DNA from: Vicugna vicugna
Taxonomy: Eukaryota
DNA: 64,000 bases
Reading direction: 5' to 3'
NCBI GenBank assembly: GCA_013265495.1
Contig: MU057719.1
Span: 250,001-314,000 of the forward strand
Shown here: piece after piece, positions 60,951 to 64,000 of the stretch
Numbering within the stretch: position 1 is the first letter of the stretch
How the letters are laid out: each line of letters starts with the position of its first letter
Translations under genes and position numbers: made by a program
The notes under the pieces: generated by a model
What the model was told of the DNA's origin: nothing
The model's database searches: none
The model's input: only the letters and a program-made list of their open reading frames with translations

Positions 60951-63265
60951 CGGCCGGGGTGGGGGCCCCACGCAGCTCATCACGGAACCACATCCCTGCA
61001 GCACGGCCTCACGCCAAGCCTGGGGCTTGTGGCCCTCACCCCGCTCTCCAGACGCGGAGGCCAAGACCCAGGACGGCCCTTCACCAAGGACCCCAGCGAG
61101 GCCGTTGCCAAGGCCTGTGGTTAATGCTCACGATCACCTGAGTTCGCCCCCAGCTGGGAACAGCAGCCCCAGGGCTGCAGCAAAAACGCCACATACTGGA
61201 ATTTCCTTGGTTCCTGGGACAAAATTTCTCGAATCAAAGCCATTCTGGAAAAATCCACAGGATCCGTCTACCCTCAAAGAGGCAGCTACTAGTAGGGTTC
61301 TGCTCGCTGACCAGGACCCGGCCAGCATCGGCCTGTGCTCCCGAGAGGCCCAGCTGCCTGCCTCCCCAGAGCTGGCTGGAGACACCGCTCTGTCCTGCAC
61401 CACCCTGGGGCAGGGAGAAGCCACCTGAGCCCACCTCCCTGCCCAGAGGCCAGCGCCCTCCGGCCCCGACATAGGACACCCTCCATCCCAGGGCTGTGCC
61501 GAGGTCAGCGGCAGCCAAGTTATGCCGATGCAGTTGCCCACCTTGGGGCTCGGTCTCCGGCACGGCCTCCCTCCCCCGGAGCCTGGCTGAGGCCAGCTTG
61601 TCCTCCGCAGTTGATTTCGGCAGGACTGGGCAGACCCCTTGACCCACCCTGACCTGGCCCAGCGCTTCCTTTCTTCCAAGACCCTGGAGACTCGTTCTCT
61701 GGCAGGAGAAGCCCCCTTTGTCTGCCCTGCCTGCAGAGGGGGAGGGGGCAGCTGTGGCTCCCTCTGGAGTGGGGGGCTCAGCTGCACTCATCCCCAGGGG
61801 CTGGGCGCCCCCACCCCCAGGCCAGCCTCGAGCCCAGGTGCGTGACTGTCACCAAGATGAAAGAGACGTAATTAAGTTCCAATCAGCGGAGTGATTTGTT
61901 ATCATAATGTAATATTCCCATCCAGCCCCTGGGCCCAGAGATCTGTCTCCGTCAGGACTGCCCAGCTGGGGGTCCCTGCCTTCCGGGGCTCCAGGCCTTC
62001 CTGCCACCCAGGGCCCAGCTCCTGGCAGCAGAGCCACAGAGGTGGCGTCCACCCCGCCTGCCCCCCCTCAGCCGCACACATCCCTCCCCCAACTCCAAGC
62101 TGCCCAAGGTGATAATGAAGTCATTTTTCTAAGGAATGTTCACCTGGAAGACAGCCCCGTCCGTGGGCCAGCTAATCGAGCTGGGAAGGCAGGCCCAGGG
62201 GAGAGGCGGGGGCAGGGGTGGAGGGCAGGCGGGAAAGGAGGGGTGAGGCGAGCTGGGCGAGGATGGTTGGTGTGCTGTGAGCTGCAGTGCGTGGGGTGAT
62301 TTATGTGGGAGCTCCTCCGAGCCAAGCGCTGCCTCTGCGCTGGCCGGATGCAGACACTGTGTTGGAAAGAGGTCTGGGGACAGACAAGGCCCCTCGGCAG
62401 CCAAGCCCACCTGGCCTCCAGTGGGAGGACGTGGGATGGCCAGTGGTGCGAGCTCCAGCCGCGGCCTCCCGGGCACAGGAGATGCTCTGGCCGTGCACGC
62501 CCAGCAGGGTCTCGCCCGCCAGCACCTCCTCTCCTCGCTGTGCACACTCACTGCTCACACACGTTTGTTCAGTCCCATTGTGGCTGGGAGCTGGCTGGGG
62601 GCCCGGGGGACCCGGGTTCACACTTGGGGTCCACGACTCACCTCCTGGCGCCTCAGTTTCCCCATCTGAGAAATGAGCATCCAAATGGGGCCCGGGCCGT
62701 AGGTGTGTGTGTGAGCACCGAGGCCCTGGACGCGGCGCCCCATGGAAGAGAAGCCGGGCGGGAATGACCCAGAAGGTAGCTGACTCCTGGAGGCCAGGTC
62801 GGGAGGGGGGGCCTCCGGGGACGGTGTTTACACCTTTCTGCTTTTCTGTGGCTTCCACGTTTGCTAAAATGGGTCTGTTGACTTTCAGGGGGGAAGCACG
62901 GGCTGTGTGTGGCCTGGAGCCCGGCGGGCGGAGGCGGCGTGCAGGCAGCCGCAGCGGCTGGCGGGTGGGCCCGGCCTGGGCGGCGGCTCCGAGCACAGAG
63001 GGCGTCTGTGCGTAGGTCTGCGTGTGTCCTGACCCCGCAGCCCGCTGGCTCGGGTCCCTCTGTCGTGGAGAGTACGGGCCGTCCGTCAGGGCGATGGTAC
63101 CACCATTAATAGCGGCACCTCCGCGCCAGGCACACGCTGCCTCATCGCATCTTAAACCCGTGCTCCTCAGAGGGCACTGTCCCCACAGGGCCCAGGATAA
63201 CCATAAAGGGCCTGTTTTCCGTTCCTCCCATGGGATTCTCCCCCACACCCCGGGGGCAGGTGCAT

Positions 63266-63348
63266 AACCCCATTTCACAGGCCCAGAGAGGCTGAGTAAC
63301 TTCCGAAGTCACACAGCTCCAGGGGACAGAGCAGGGATTCAGCCCCAA
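63266..63348 (-). mobile_element. MIR SINE fragment
   Basis: CCCCATTTCACAGGCCCAGAGAGGCTGAGTAACTTCCGAAGTCACACAGCT...GAGCAGGGATTCAGCCC. Confidence 0.7.
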
Positions 63349-64000
63349 TGGGAGGCCTAGAGCCAGTCACTCAAACCCCAAGGGCGCCCGGAAGGTTTCC
63401 ATGAACCCGGGGTCACAGGGAGACCCAGCAGGGAGTCTGCACCCTGGCGGAGCGCTCAGCATGCCCCTCCTTCACAGAGCTGTTTGGGGCCGGGTGATGG
63501 ACACGGGGGCCCAAGCAGGATAGGTGCGGGGGGCTGCGGCGAGGTGGGGCAGGACTGGAGCTAGGGGAGCAGCAGGAGGGAGGGTCTGGCAAGGACCGCC
63601 GGGCCCCACCGAGCAGCAGAGGGAGCAAAATGGGAGGTTCCCTCCCCAGGGACGCCATCTGAGAGGTGCTGGAGGGCAGGCCCCTACCGCTGTGACCGTT
63701 GCGGGGGGACACCCAAGCTCAGGGAAGAGCTGAGGGAAGAGCCGTCCCACGGGGGAGCAGTGCCCCGCCAGCCACATGGACCGGACCGTCCAGGCTGTGC
63801 TGTCAGGGGTCCCAGAGCCCTGCACCTGTTTGTGAAAACTGCAGGTTTCTAGGCCCCCTTCCCCAACCAGGACCCACTGGCAAACTGGAGACGGGGCCTT
63901 GGAACCCAGGATGACTGAGGGCAGCGACTGGGCCAACCCCCCTGGACCTCGACTCAGGGCCTGGAGCCTTTGGGGCAGAGCATGGAGCTCCTTGGGGCCA

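Noticed and set aside
63825..63910. Possible MER5-like DNA transposon relic
   Set aside because: Similarity too degenerate to support by eye

Overview
Mammalian, very GC-rich, essentially non-coding genomic DNA. It is most likely camelid (alpaca/llama/camel), because it carries four copies of the tRNA-Ala-derived Vic-1-type SINE. No credible protein-coding exon, RNA gene or prokaryote-type system (CRISPR, operon, defence island) is visible. The long six-frame ORFs are low-complexity Pro/Gly/Ala/Arg artefacts of GC content, except one that is a decayed LINE-1 ORF2 fragment. The window is centred on a CpG island (~31.3-32.8 kb) whose core is an assembly gap (31796-32352). I infer that this is the promoter/first exon of a minus-strand gene whose first intron runs leftwards off the window, but I cannot name the gene. 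The left half holds only MIR/L2 relics, one SINE and tandem repeats. The right half holds several L1 fragments, MaLR (MLT1) and ERVL (MLT2) LTRs and three more SINE copies. Short AT-richer, motif-dense, non-repetitive islands look like conserved enhancers. The most unusual observations are a 3'-truncated SINE head at a deletion junction inside an L1, sharply GC/CpG-shifted tracts inside old L1 copies, and a few structured tandem repeats. I found no convincing previously undescribed biological system. Repeat family names come from recalled consensus sequences, not from a database search, and most boundaries are approximate.
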